DNA from: an uncultured Verrucomicrobiae bacterium | Lineage (GTDB): Bacteria > Verrucomicrobiota > Verrucomicrobiia > Chthoniobacterales > JAATET01 | Direction: 5' to 3' | Length of the DNA: 64,000 nt | Assembly: GCA_963719495.1 (NCBI GenBank) | Contig: CAVRCI010000007.1 | Span: 64,001 to 128,000, forward strand | Part shown: piece by piece, positions 10,034 to 19,843 of the stretch | Numbering within the stretch: the first letter of the stretch is position 1 | Layout: each line of letters opens with the position of its first letter | Translations under genes and position numbers: made by a program | Notes under the pieces: generated by a model | Databases searched by the model: none | What the model saw: the letters and a program-made list of their open reading frames with translations, nothing else | What the model was told of the DNA's origin: nothing

Positions 10034-11103
10034 ACGTCCTCTGCGCCGGCCTCAATCACCACGTCGCCAGCGTCGACGTCCGCGAGCGTTTCGCCGTCCG
10101 CGACACCGACCTGCCCGGCCTCTTCGCCGACCTTCGCGCCATCGACGGCCTCGACGAAGCCGTCGTCCTCTCCACCTGCAACCGAGTCGAATTCTACGCC
10201 GCCACCCTCTGCCCCGAGCGGACCCTCGCCGACCTCCGCGCCACCCTCGCCAACCGCTCCGGCATCGACGCCCCGCTCTATCACCACGTCGGCCCCACCA
10301 GCGTCCGCCACCTCTTCCGCGTCGCCAGCGGACTCGACTCCATGGTCCTCGGCGAAACCGAAATCCTCGGCCAGGTGAAGACCGCCTACGCCGCCGCCGC
10401 CACCCACGGAGCCACCCGCCGCACCCTCAACCGCCTCTTCCAACACGCCTTCCGCGTCGCGAAATCCGTCCGCACCGAGACCAACATCACCCGCGGTGCC
10501 ACGTCCGTCGGAGCCGTCGCCGTTGAAATGGCCGGCCGCATCTTCGGCGACCTCGACCACCGCCGGGTCATGATCCTCGGAGCCGGCGACACCAGCGAAC
10601 GCACCGCCCGCGCCCTCGTCTCCCGCGGCGTCCGCACCGTCATCGTCTCCAACCGCACCTACGAACGCGCCGCCACCCTGGCCGCCGACATCGGCGGCAT
10701 GGCCATCCACTTCGACCACTGGCACAAGGAATTCCGAGACGTCGACATCCTCATCAGCAGCACCCACGCACCCCATTTCATCCTCACCCCCGAGAAACTC
10801 GCCCCCGTCGTCAAAGCCCGCAACGGACGCCCCCTCTTCCTCATCGACCTCGCCGTCCCCCGCGACATCGACCCCGCCGTCAACGCCCTCGACGGCATCT
10901 TCCTCTACGACATCGATTCCCTCCAAACGATCGCCAACCGATCCATAGCGAACCGCCAGCAGGAAGTCGAACGCTGCGAAACCCTCATCGACGACCAGGT
11001 CAAAACCTTCCTCACCTGGCTAACAAAGGCCCCCTTCAAGGAGCGGCGGCTTCCAGCCGCCGAAATCCAAGAATCCAAAGCGGCCCCAGCCGCTCACACC
11101 TGA
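10030..11103 (+). CDS. hemA: Glutamyl-tRNA reductase
   Basis: LSTCNRVE, GLDSMVLGETEILGQVK, DLAVPRDID. Confidence 0.95.
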   Translation: MNVLCAGLNHHVASVDVRERFAVRDTDLPGLFADLRAIDGLDEAVVLSTCNRVEFYAATLCPERTLADLRATLANRSGIDAPLYHHVGPTSVRHLFRVASGLDSMVLGETEILGQVKTAYAAAATHGATRRTLNRLFQHAFRVAKSVRTETNITRGATSVGAVAVEMAGRIFGDLDHRRVMILGAGDTSERTARALVSRGVRTVIVSNRTYERAATLAADIGGMAIHFDHWHKEFRDVDILISSTHAPHFILTPEKLAPVVKARNGRPLFLIDLAVPRDIDPAVNALDGIFLYDIDSLQTIANRSIANRQQEVERCETLIDDQVKTFLTWLTKAPFKERRLPAAEIQESKAAPAAHT

Positions 11104-11122
11104 CCTTCAGACTTTCAAGACA

Positions 11123-11977
11123 TTGGACCTTCCGACCCACCACCTCACCCTCGGCACCCGAGGCAGCGCCCTCGCCCTCACCCAATCCCGCCTCGTTGCC
11201 GCCGCCCTCGTCGCCGCCCACCCGGCGCTCGAGATCACCGAGCAGATCATCCGCACCGTCGGCGACAACCGCCTCGACGCCCCCCTCCACGCCCTCGCCC
11301 CCCTCGACAAAGGCCTCTTCACCAAGGAACTCGAAAACGCCCTCCTCGCCGGCACCATCGACTTCGCCGTCCACAGTCTCAAAGACCTGCCGACCGAAAA
11401 CCCACCCGGCCTCACCCTCGCCGCCATCCTCGAGCGAGCCGACCCCGCCGACCTCCTCATCAGCAAAACTCCCGGTGGCCTCGCCGCCCTCCCGCCCCAC
11501 GCCACGGTCGCGACCTCCAGCCCCCGCCGCCGCAACCAGCTCCTCCACCTCCGCCCCGACCTCGAAATCGTCGACATCCGGGGCAACGTCCCGACCCGCC
11601 TGCAAAAGCTCGCCGACTCCGACGTCGTCGCCGCCACCGTTCTCGCCAAAGCCGGCATCGACCGCCTCGGCCACCACATCATCCCCACCGGCCTCCACGC
11701 CACCCAGGTCGCCGGCATGCTCCCAGCCCCCGGCCAGGGAGCCATCGCCGTCCAAACCCGAGCCGACGATCAAGCGACCATCGCTCTCCTCGCCCCGCTC
11801 CACCACGAAGCCACCGCCCGCTGCGTCGAAGCCGAACGAGACGTCCTCCGCCGCCTCGGCGGCGGCTGCCACCTCCCCCTAGGCGTCCTCGCAACCGTCA
11901 GTCCCGACGGTCAACTAAAAGTCCAAGCCACCCTCTTCGAACCGGGTGCCAAACCGGTCACGATCCCCCAAACGTAA
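11123..11977 (+). CDS. hemC: Porphobilinogen deaminase
   Basis: GTRGSALALTQ, KGLFTKELE, VHSLKDLP, RGNVPTR, GGGCHLP; start uncertain. Confidence 0.95.
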   Translation: MDLPTHHLTLGTRGSALALTQSRLVAAALVAAHPALEITEQIIRTVGDNRLDAPLHALAPLDKGLFTKELENALLAGTIDFAVHSLKDLPTENPPGLTLAAILERADPADLLISKTPGGLAALPPHATVATSSPRRRNQLLHLRPDLEIVDIRGNVPTRLQKLADSDVVAATVLAKAGIDRLGHHIIPTGLHATQVAGMLPAPGQGAIAVQTRADDQATIALLAPLHHEATARCVEAERDVLRRLGGGCHLPLGVLATVSPDGQLKVQATLFEPGAKPVTIPQT

Positions 11978-12041
11978 CCTCGCACCACAGGTTAGGCGGC
12001 GCAGCGGATCCGGCGGCGCAGCCGCCCCATCCACCAACCAG

Positions 12042-12074
12042 CTGTCATCCTGAGCGAAGCGAAGGATCTCTGGC
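12042..12074 (+). repeat. Dispersed repeat family A copy
   Basis: ctgtcatcctgagcgaagcgaaggatctctggc. Confidence 0.85.
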
Positions 12075-12117
12075 AGACACTTTCACCAAAACGCGACAAC
12101 CACGCCGCAAGACACCC

Positions 12118-12774
12118 CTACCCCGTCCAGTCCGCCGCCGAGCCGCGCGTATCGATGTGCGTAAAATTCGAATACCGCCCGATCCCCCCAACATATTTTC
12201 CGCGAGCCCGCACCTCCTTCGCCGCCGCGGCCACCTCCCGCGGCGACGCCTTGAAAACCAAATCCAACGCCACGTTCCGCTTATGCTGCGACCCACTCGC
12301 CGCCCCCGGACACTTCGCGTTGTATTCCGGCGAACGGTAGGCCGAGATCACCTCCTCGACATCCTCGTCCAGCAACTTACCGATCTCGTCGACCATCAGC
12401 AAAGTTGGCCTCATATTTTTCCAGAGTGCCGTCGGGGGCAATCCACACCGCACGTCCCCCCGCACCTTGAGATGCGGAGCCATCACCTGCCGCACGGAAA
12501 CGTGCTTCAGTTGCAGCCCACCCACGAACGCGGAATAACCGATCAGAGGTTGCCCCAAAGTCGGCAGCCACTCCTCCGGCACGCCAAGCGCCAGTTTCTT
12601 CGGACCAAAGACCGACGCCAGCCAGCTGAAAATCGTTCCGCCGGACCCACTCGCGCCCGCGGCCAGCAAACCAACTCCACCGAGCCCCATCATCCGAACG
12701 AACTCCCGCCGCTCCAGCCCGGAGGCCTCCTCGAGCCCGCCCAAAACGTCTTTAGTTCCCAACGGCATTCCCAT
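12118..12774 (-). CDS. M15A-type zinc peptidase with Tat-like signal
   Basis: ERREFVR plus hydrophobic stretch; SAYRSPEYN, SQH...ALD, FTHIDTRG. Confidence 0.82.
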   Translation of the reverse strand: MGMPLGTKDVLGGLEEASGLERREFVRMMGLGGVGLLAAGASGSGGTIFSWLASVFGPKKLALGVPEEWLPTLGQPLIGYSAFVGGLQLKHVSVRQVMAPHLKVRGDVRCGLPPTALWKNMRPTLLMVDEIGKLLDEDVEEVISAYRSPEYNAKCPGAASGSQHKRNVALDLVFKASPREVAAAAKEVRARGKYVGGIGRYSNFTHIDTRGSAADWTG

Positions 12775-12814
12775 CGCGGCAAACCGATAGCGAAAAACTC
12801 GCCAACCGAAAGGA

Positions 12815-13021
12815 TTATTTCTCCTTTTCCTCTCCCTCGTCCGCGTCCGTCATCGGCCCCGGATACTCCTCCTTCTTCGCACCCTCCGGAGCGTCCGCCA
12901 CTTCACCCTCATCGTTTGCCACCGCCTCATCCGACTCGGCCGGCTTCGTGTTGCCAGTCGCCTCCATCCGGGGATCGTCTTCCTGCTCGCCGTCGTAGGC
13001 CTGCTTCGCTTCGTCACTCAT
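12815..13021 (-). CDS. Small acidic low-complexity protein
   Basis: 68 aa, very D/E-rich, fills the gap co-directionally after doc. Confidence 0.6.
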   Translation of the reverse strand: MSDEAKQAYDGEQEDDPRMEATGNTKPAESDEAVANDEGEVADAPEGAKKEEYPGPMTDADEGEEKEK

Positions 13022-13060
13022 AATTTCAATATCGCACCCTACCCGCCCATCAGCCGCCCC

Positions 13061-13456
13061 TCAACCCACCAATTTCCGCAAAACCGCGGTCGCCGCCATC
13101 CGATCCAAAGAGCCGGAAGCCACTCCCAAGGTCAGCTCCTGCCACGCGTCGACATCGAGATCTTCATCGGGCAAAAGATCATTCTCCGAGAGAAAAACCA
13201 GACAGGTCGCCAGCGCACACCGCTTATTGCCGTCGACGAATGGATGATTGTTACAAAGATAAAAGAAGTAGGCCCCGGCCACCTCGAAAGGGTCCGACAA
13301 CATCGGCACACCCATCATGCTGGCTTGCGGAGCGGCGACAGCAGATTCCAAAAGCGCCTGGTCCCTCAATCCCGCCGATCCTCCGTGAGCGGTCAACACC
13401 TCGGCGTGGATCGCCTTGACCGCCTCGACGGTCGGGTGAACCAGAATCCCGCTCAC
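13061..13456 (-). CDS. doc: Doc (death-on-curing) family toxin
   Basis: HGG..GLRD..LLESA, HPFVDGNKR. Confidence 0.9.
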   Translation of the reverse strand: MSGILVHPTVEAVKAIHAEVLTAHGGSAGLRDQALLESAVAAPQASMMGVPMLSDPFEVAGAYFFYLCNNHPFVDGNKRCALATCLVFLSENDLLPDEDLDVDAWQELTLGVASGSLDRMAATAVLRKLVG

Positions 13457-13680
13457 GAGAGCCTCCGAAACAGCTCGGAATTCTTCGAAATCAATCGCCG
13501 CGCCGCTGCCGCGGCCGCCGGAGCCTCGATCTCCTCCCGCACCGCCGCCACCGTCATCGTCCCGCCTTCGTGAATCTCCACGTTGAGATCATCCCCCGCC
13601 TTCAGCCGCATCAAACCCATCAACGTCGAATCCAAAATCAGCGCGTGCGAATTCCCAACCTTGGTAACTTTCTTGATCAT
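13453..13680 (-). CDS. AbrB/MazE-type antitoxin
   Basis: MIKKVTKVGNSHALIL; ends ELFRRLS; 4-bp overlap with doc. Confidence 0.85.
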   Translation of the reverse strand: MIKKVTKVGNSHALILDSTLMGLMRLKAGDDLNVEIHEGGTMTVAAVREEIEAPAAAAAARRLISKNSELFRRLS

Positions 13681-13687
13681 GCGTAAA

Positions 13688-13715
13688 ACAATATATGACT
13701 CTTCCCCGCGGTCAA
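13688..13715 (-). promoter_or_regulatory. Putative sigma70 promoter of the TA pair; probably leaderless
   Basis: TTGACC-N16-TATTGT-N7-ATG. Confidence 0.5.
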
Positions 13716-13790
13716 TCGCCCCGTCACGCCCCGTCACGCCACTCACCCATTTCTCATTCCGCATTTCAAATTTCTCATTACCGTGACTCC

Positions 13791-15302
13791 ATGCATGGCA
13801 CCTGTTATCTCGTCGGCGCGGGCCCCGGAGACCCCGGCCTCCTCACCCTCCGCGCCAAAGCCCTCCTCGAACGCGCCGACGTCGTCATCTACGACTACCT
13901 CAGCAATCCCGAATTCCTCCGCTTCGCCCCCGCCGCCGCCGAGACCATCTACGTCGGCAAAAAAGCCGGCGCCCACACCCTCGAGCAGGGCGAAATCAAC
14001 GCCCTCCTCGTCGAAAAAACGAAAGCCCACCCCACCGTCGTCCGACTCAAAGGCGGCGACCCCTTCGTCTTCGGCCGCGGCGGTGAGGAAGCCGAAGCCC
14101 TCGTCGCCGCCGGCCTTTCGTTCGAGATCGTCCCCGGCATCTCGTCCGTCATCGCCGGCCCCGCCTACGCCGGCATCCCCGTCACCCACCGCGGCCACAA
14201 CACCACCCTCACCATCTTCACCGGCCACGAAGACCCGACCAAACCCGAGACCAACCTCGACACCGCCGCCATCGCCCGCACCCCCGGCACCAAGGTCATG
14301 CTCATGGGCGTCGAGCGCATCCGCTCCCTCGCCGACACCCTCATTCACGACGGCCTCGCCGCCGAGACTCCGACCGCCCTCGTCCGCTGGGCCACCACGG
14401 GAAAACAACGCACCCTCTCGGCGACCCTCGGCACCATCGCCGACGAGGTCGAGCGCACCGGATTCAAGGCCCCCGCCGTCTGCGTCATCGGCGACGTCGT
14501 CACCTGCCGTGACCAACTCAACTGGTTCGAAACCCGCCCACTCTTCGGCCAGACCATCGCCGTCACCCGCACCCGTCAACAAGCCGGCTCCCTCATCGCC
14601 CAGCTCCGCGACCTCGGCGCCGACGCCTACGAACTCCCCACCATCCGGATCGAACCCGCCCCCGACAAACGCGAGTTCTACGAATCCGTCGCCGTCGCCC
14701 ACACCTACGACTGGCTCGTCTTCACCAGCCCCAACGGCGTCGACGCGTTCTTCGAAGCCTTCTACTCGATCTACAAGGACGCCCGCTCCCTCGGCGGCGT
14801 CCGCATCGCCGCCATCGGCCCCGCCACCGCCGCCCGCGTCCACGCCAATCGCTTCGAAGTCGACCTCCAGCCCGAAAAATACGTCGCCGAGGAAATCGTG
14901 AAAGCGTTCCAAAAAGAAATGGACGTCGAAAATCTCAAAATCCTCCTCGCCCGAGCCGAGGGCGCCCGCGAAATCCTCGCCACCGCCCTCACCGACCTAG
15001 GCGCCATCGTCGACGAAACCGTCGCCTACCGCACCGTTCCCGAAACCGGCGACCCCACCGGCGGAGTCGAGCGCTTCCGCACCGAAGGCGCCGATTGGAT
15101 CACCTTCACCAGCAGCTCGACCGCCGAAAACTTCGTCGCCCTGAATCTGCCCCTACCCGAGCGCTTAAAGACCGCCAGCATCGGCCCGATCACGACCGCC
15201 ACCATGAAAACCCTCGGCCTCGACGTCGACATCGAAGCCCAAGTCCACGACATCCCCGGCGTCGTCGCGGCGCTAATGAAGGCCGCGGCCGCGCGAAAAT
15301 AA
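13791..15302 (+). CDS. cobA-hemD: Uroporphyrinogen-III C-methyltransferase / uroporphyrinogen-III synthase fusion
   Basis: LVGAGPGDPGLLT, RLKGGDPFVFGRGGEE, then VTR, FTSPNGV, FTSSST, SIGPIT. Confidence 0.94.
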   Translation: MHGTCYLVGAGPGDPGLLTLRAKALLERADVVIYDYLSNPEFLRFAPAAAETIYVGKKAGAHTLEQGEINALLVEKTKAHPTVVRLKGGDPFVFGRGGEEAEALVAAGLSFEIVPGISSVIAGPAYAGIPVTHRGHNTTLTIFTGHEDPTKPETNLDTAAIARTPGTKVMLMGVERIRSLADTLIHDGLAAETPTALVRWATTGKQRTLSATLGTIADEVERTGFKAPAVCVIGDVVTCRDQLNWFETRPLFGQTIAVTRTRQQAGSLIAQLRDLGADAYELPTIRIEPAPDKREFYESVAVAHTYDWLVFTSPNGVDAFFEAFYSIYKDARSLGGVRIAAIGPATAARVHANRFEVDLQPEKYVAEEIVKAFQKEMDVENLKILLARAEGAREILATALTDLGAIVDETVAYRTVPETGDPTGGVERFRTEGADWITFTSSSTAENFVALNLPLPERLKTASIGPITTATMKTLGLDVDIEAQVHDIPGVVAALMKAAAARK

Positions 15303-15353
15303 TGCGGGACATGTGAGATGACGGGGCCGTGAGTTCGGACGATGGTGTTCGCC

Positions 15354-16214
15354 ATGACCCGAAAAAACCTCACTCGGACCGCCACCACGCTGGCACTGGT
15401 CGTCACCCTGCTCCACAGCGCCGCCCAGGCCGCGCCCCCCTTCACGACCACGCTGCTCGAGCAGCCGCTCTGGGCCGACGGCAAAGCCGAATACAATTTC
15501 TACGACGCCGTCGAAGTCCGCTACGGTGTCCCGCGCGACACGGAGGTCCGCCACATCATCGTCCGCGAAAACTTCCTCCCCAACGACAAGGTCAAAGCCA
15601 ATGACTGGAGGACTCCCGGAGCGTATCCCATCATCAAGCTCAATCAGATCATCCGCGTTCCCACCGGCGTCTACCGCTACGACCAGATGCACTCCTCGTT
15701 CTGGAACGCGGGCGACGGCAACCTCGAGAAATTCTCCCTCGCCAGCATCGACAGCTGCGGCAACAGCTACAAGGAAGCCCGCCTCGCCGGCCAATCGCTC
15801 GCCTACCAAGCCCACACCTACTGGCAGGGCCAGGACAACGTCCAACGCGACGTCCCCCTCCCCGAAGGCGCGCTCTTCTACGACGAACTCCCCTTCAAGC
15901 TCCGCCTCCTCGATTGGGAAAACGTCGAGACCTTCGCCGCCCCGCTCACCGGATCGGTGATCGGCAGCCAGGCCGACGCATTGGAATTCAGCCCCGCCAC
16001 CTTCACGGTCGGGAACTCGCCCGATGGCAGGATCGTCACCGTCGAGCACCTCGGCGGCACCGACAGTCTGACCTTCGCCACGGACTCCCCCTACGTCCTG
16101 CAATCCTGGAAACGCGCCGACGGTAGCTCCCTCGTCCTCACCGGCACCACCCGCCTCGACTACTGGAACCACAACTCTTCCGGCGACGAAAAGCTCATCG
16201 AGAATCTGCACTGA
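15354..16214 (+). CDS. Secreted hypothetical protein
   Basis: Signal peptide ending AAQA; host-like codon use; WADGKAE, DSCG, DYWN. Confidence 0.8.
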   Translation: MTRKNLTRTATTLALVVTLLHSAAQAAPPFTTTLLEQPLWADGKAEYNFYDAVEVRYGVPRDTEVRHIIVRENFLPNDKVKANDWRTPGAYPIIKLNQIIRVPTGVYRYDQMHSSFWNAGDGNLEKFSLASIDSCGNSYKEARLAGQSLAYQAHTYWQGQDNVQRDVPLPEGALFYDELPFKLRLLDWENVETFAAPLTGSVIGSQADALEFSPATFTVGNSPDGRIVTVEHLGGTDSLTFATDSPYVLQSWKRADGSSLVLTGTTRLDYWNHNSSGDEKLIENLH

Positions 16215-16472
16215 TCTCTCCACGGAGCAACTCGTTGTCGTCGCCCACCTCCATCCGAAGCCCATCGCGACCGGAGGGCGAGGCTCCGCCGGGCCGTCAC
16301 CCCGCGCTCCAACCTCCCGATCCTCGCTCGGCGAGTCGATGCGCAACTTGATCGACCGCCTCACGAGGCGAATCGGGAATCTGTCTTCGCCGGCCATGAA
16401 CCTCTTCTCGCTTCCGGGCATTTTCGTTTCAGATTGAAATCACCCCGCTTGGGTCGCAAAACTATTCGCCCA

Positions 16473-18515
16473 ATGACGACCCGTCCGTTCGATTTCCCGC
16501 ACCACCTCCGCTTCCGGCAGGTCCACCTCGATTTTCACACCAGCGAAGCGATTCCCAACGTCGGCTCGCGGTTCTCGAAAGAGCAATTTCAGGCAGCTCT
16601 CGAGCGCGGTCGGGTCGATTCGATCACCCTCTTCTCGAAGTGTCACCACGGCTGGAGCTACCACCCAACGGAGGTCGGAAAACCGCACCCGCACCTCGAG
16701 CGCGACCTTCTCACCGAACAAATCGAGGCCTGTCGCGAGGTCGGCGTCCGTTGTCCGATCTACCTCTCCGCCGGCGTGGACGAACTCGCCGCCGCCACGC
16801 ATCCCGAATGGCAGGTCAAGGATCGCAACGGCCGGACCGACGCGCCCGACTTCGAGGGCAACGGATTCTGGTTCAAGCTCCTGCGCTTCGATTCCCCGTA
16901 TCTCGATTACCTCTGCGCCCAGATCGAGGAGGTCGTGCGCCGCTGGCCCGACAACGACGGCATCTTCCTCGACATCATCGCCGAGCGCCACGACTACAGC
17001 CACGACAGCCTCCTCGCCATGCGGACCGACGGGCTCGATCCGGCCAACCCGGCGGACGTTAGCCGGCACGCCCAGCGGGTTTTGCTGAATTACTACCGCC
17101 GCACCACCGCGTCCGCGCAGAGCGCCCGCGCCGACACCCCCGTCTTCCACAACGGCGGTCACGTCCCGATCGGCGCTCACGAGTTCAATTTCTTCAACAC
17201 CCACTTCGAGCTCGAATCCCTCCCGACCGGTGGCTGGGGCTACGACCACTTCCCGCTCTCCGCCCGCTACGCCATCACCCAGCCCCGTGATTTTCTCGGA
17301 ATGACCGGAAAATTCCACACCACGTGGGGCGAGTTTGGCGGCTTCAAACGCCCCGAAGCCCTCCGCTACGAATGCGCGTCCATGCTCGCCCAAGGAGCGA
17401 AGTGCTCGGTCGGCGACCAGCTGCACCCCTCGGGAGAAATGAATCCCGACACCTACGCGCTCATCGGCGCCGCCTACGCCGACGTCGAAGCCGCGGAGCC
17501 CTGGTGCCGCGACGTCCGCCCTACCGCCCGCATCGCGCTCGTGAGTACCGAACGCAATCAACGGAGCGCGCGCGGCCACACGGGCGCGTCGCTCGCCGAC
17601 GAAGGCACCTCCCGCATGCTGCTGGAACTTCACCAACCCTTCGTCATACTCGACGAGCAGGCCGATTGGGACGGATTCGACGTCGTCGTCCTGCCCGACG
17701 GCGGTCAGCTCGGCTCCGCCGCGTTGGCCAAAGCCCAGGCCTTTCTGGCCGCCGGCGGGCGCATCGTTGCCGCCGGTTCCGCGCTCCTCGACGAGGCGCG
17801 CGAGAAATTCCTCATCGAGCCCGGCGCCAACCTCGTCGGACGCTCGACGTTTGATCCCGATTACCTCGTCGCGACCGACCTTTCGCCGAAGGTCCCCGTT
17901 CGCACGCCCATCACCGTCGGCGGCGGTGCCTACGAGCTCGCCGCAACCGACGGCGAGATCCTCGCCACCCGCCGCAACCCCTATTTCAACCGCACGTGGG
18001 AGCACTACTGCTCGCACCAGCACGCGCCCGACGCGCCAGAGGACGCCGGTCCGGCGATCGTCGTCGGTCACAGCGTCGCGTATTTCGCCCACGACATCTT
18101 CAGCGAATACCGCCGCGGCGGCCAACCGCTCCTTCGCGACTTCTTTCGTGCCGCGCTCGAGCGACTCCTCGGCGACAGCCTCCCGGTCGAGACCAATCTC
18201 CCCACCGTCGCCCGATTCAACCTCCTCGAACAACCCGGCCACAACCGCTTCATCGCCCACCTGCTCTACGCACCCATCACGCACCGCGCCGACATCACGC
18301 AACACGGGAAATCCTCCCCGATCGAGATCATCGAGGACCTCATCCCGCTGCACGACATCGAGGTCTCTCTGCGCCTCGATCGACGAGTCACCGCCGTCCG
18401 CCTCGTGCCCGGCGACGAAACCCTCGAGTTCGAATCCCACGAAGGCCGGACCCGCTTCACCGTCCCGTCCTTCACCGCTCACCAGATGATCGCCCTCGAA
18501 TCCGACGCCGCCTGA
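16473..18515 (+). CDS. Putative glycoside hydrolase (GHL6/GH151-like barrel plus beta-galactosidase trimerisation-like domain)
   Basis: RQVHLDFHTS, FSKCHHGWSYHPT, ELESLPTGGWGY, MTGKFHTTWGEFGGFK. Confidence 0.8.
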   Translation: MTTRPFDFPHHLRFRQVHLDFHTSEAIPNVGSRFSKEQFQAALERGRVDSITLFSKCHHGWSYHPTEVGKPHPHLERDLLTEQIEACREVGVRCPIYLSAGVDELAAATHPEWQVKDRNGRTDAPDFEGNGFWFKLLRFDSPYLDYLCAQIEEVVRRWPDNDGIFLDIIAERHDYSHDSLLAMRTDGLDPANPADVSRHAQRVLLNYYRRTTASAQSARADTPVFHNGGHVPIGAHEFNFFNTHFELESLPTGGWGYDHFPLSARYAITQPRDFLGMTGKFHTTWGEFGGFKRPEALRYECASMLAQGAKCSVGDQLHPSGEMNPDTYALIGAAYADVEAAEPWCRDVRPTARIALVSTERNQRSARGHTGASLADEGTSRMLLELHQPFVILDEQADWDGFDVVVLPDGGQLGSAALAKAQAFLAAGGRIVAAGSALLDEAREKFLIEPGANLVGRSTFDPDYLVATDLSPKVPVRTPITVGGGAYELAATDGEILATRRNPYFNRTWEHYCSHQHAPDAPEDAGPAIVVGHSVAYFAHDIFSEYRRGGQPLLRDFFRAALERLLGDSLPVETNLPTVARFNLLEQPGHNRFIAHLLYAPITHRADITQHGKSSPIEIIEDLIPLHDIEVSLRLDRRVTAVRLVPGDETLEFESHEGRTRFTVPSFTAHQMIALESDAA

Positions 18516-18606
18516 GCGGAATCAGACCCGCTCGACTCCGGTAAGAATCCCCGGACGATCGGGATTAATTTGAACAAAGCACGACCGACCGACGTCACAC
18601 CATGCG

Positions 18607-19053
18607 ATGAATATTCCCCTGTCCCGCTTAGCCGCCCTCGCCACCCTCGCCGCCGCCATCCTTCCATCGTCCAGTTGGGCCGGGGAAAATTGGAACACCG
18701 ATTACGAAGCCGCGCTCGCCACCGCGGCTTCCGAAAAGAAGATGGTCCTCCTCGATTTCACCGGATCCGACTGGTGCCCCCCTTGTCAGATGCTCGAGGA
18801 AGAGGTGCTGACGAAAGATGAATTCAAGACCTTCGCCGAAGAGAAACTCGTCCTCGTGGAGCTGGATTATCCGAACGAGAAAACCCAATCGGACGAATTG
18901 AAGCAGCAAAACGCGAAGCTGGCGGAGACCTACGGCATCGAAGGCTACCCGACCCTCATCGTCCTCGACAGCGAGGGCAACGAACTCAAGCGCGAAGTCG
19001 GCCTCGCCTGGAGAACGCCCGAAGAACTGATCGCCTGGATTCAGGAGAGCTGA
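18607..19053 (+). CDS. Exported thioredoxin-family protein
   Basis: Signal peptide, DFTGSDWCPPC, GYPT. Confidence 0.92.
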   Translation: MNIPLSRLAALATLAAAILPSSSWAGENWNTDYEAALATAASEKKMVLLDFTGSDWCPPCQMLEEEVLTKDEFKTFAEEKLVLVELDYPNEKTQSDELKQQNAKLAETYGIEGYPTLIVLDSEGNELKREVGLAWRTPEELIAWIQES

Positions 19054-19106
19054 CCCAACAATCGAGAAGCCGCGCCCGCAAAGCGTCGGCCAGCCACCTT
19101 CACCCG

Positions 19107-19131
19107 AAGCGGCGCTCATTGAGCGCCGCTT
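19107..19131 (+). terminator. Hairpin after thioredoxin gene
   Basis: aagcggcgctca-t-tgagcgccgctt; weak U tail. Confidence 0.5.
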
Positions 19132-19168
19132 ACCGTCTCGCCGGATCTCGCGGCAAAGGGGTCAGCGA

Positions 19169-19288
19169 AGGGGTCGGTCATTCATATTGACACATTCGCA
19201 AATTGCACCGGTTGGTCGAAGTGTTTCGCAACCTTTAAATCGAACTTCCTCAGAATCCCAAATATGCCCATATCAATGACCGACCCCT
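19169..19288. repeat. 120-bp MITE/REPIN-like element, copy 1
   Basis: TIRs aggggtcggtcattcatat / atatcaatgaccgacccct (18/19 match). Confidence 0.8.
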
Positions 19289-19431
19289 GTTATGTTCGAC
19301 CGACCCCTGTTCGCGCTTTTCCCTGCCCTGATTTTACCCATTGGGCGCTTTCTTCTGCGTTCCCCGCCCCACTCGGGCCAAGAACCCTCTAAATTAGACC
19401 CTTGACAGCCCTTCGACCCTTTTTTCAGAGA

Positions 19432-19544
19432 GGTCATTCATATTGACACATTTGCAAATTGCACCGACCGGTTGAAGTATTTCGCACCCTTTGAATCGAA
19501 CTTCCTCAGAACCCCAAATATGCCCAAATGAATGACCGCCCCCT
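19432..19544. repeat. Same element, diverged copy 2
   Basis: ggtcattcatattgacacatttgcaaattgcacc...aatgaccgccccct, 256 bp from copy 1. Confidence 0.8.
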
Positions 19545-19612
19545 TTTTGTCGCGCGTCTAAGTCCGACGGGCTGCTAGGAAGATTAAAATATAGCACCAG
19601 TCCAAACTTTTT

Positions 19613-19777
19613 CTATCGCGATCCTTTTTGACGCGTCGGTCCTGGCTCCGCCATCCCCTCGGGTTGTCCGGTCCCAGCGAGCTGAAACGCGCTCTCAAGT
19701 AAATCGCGTAATGGCGAGATGCGATCGAACGTCGACCAAGCCGCCGGGTAGTTCTGATTGTAGCGAATGAGTTTCAT
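19613..19777 (-). pseudogene. Truncated small heat-shock protein (Hsp20) N-terminus
   Basis: MKLIRYNQNYPAAWSTFDRISPLRDLLESAFQLA resembles an Hsp20 N-arm; no alpha-crystallin domain follows. Confidence 0.55.
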
Positions 19778-19826
19778 TGGATCTGTTTTTTTCGGTTGAA
19801 GGTTCAAGTGACAATCGATCCCTCCC

Positions 19827-19843
19827 GCTTTGCCCGTGCCAAA
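19827..19843 (-). promoter_or_regulatory. Putative sigma54 -24/-12 promoter
   Basis: TTTGGCACGGGCAAAGC, GG-N10-GC, about 50 bp upstream of ATG 19777. Confidence 0.5.

Noticed and set aside
11972..12030. Integron attC site (TAAC...GTTAGGC)
   Set aside because: Arms are only about 10 bp apart, far too short; no integrase
19169..19544. CRISPR array
   Set aside because: Only two long copies, no repeat-spacer periodicity, no cas genes
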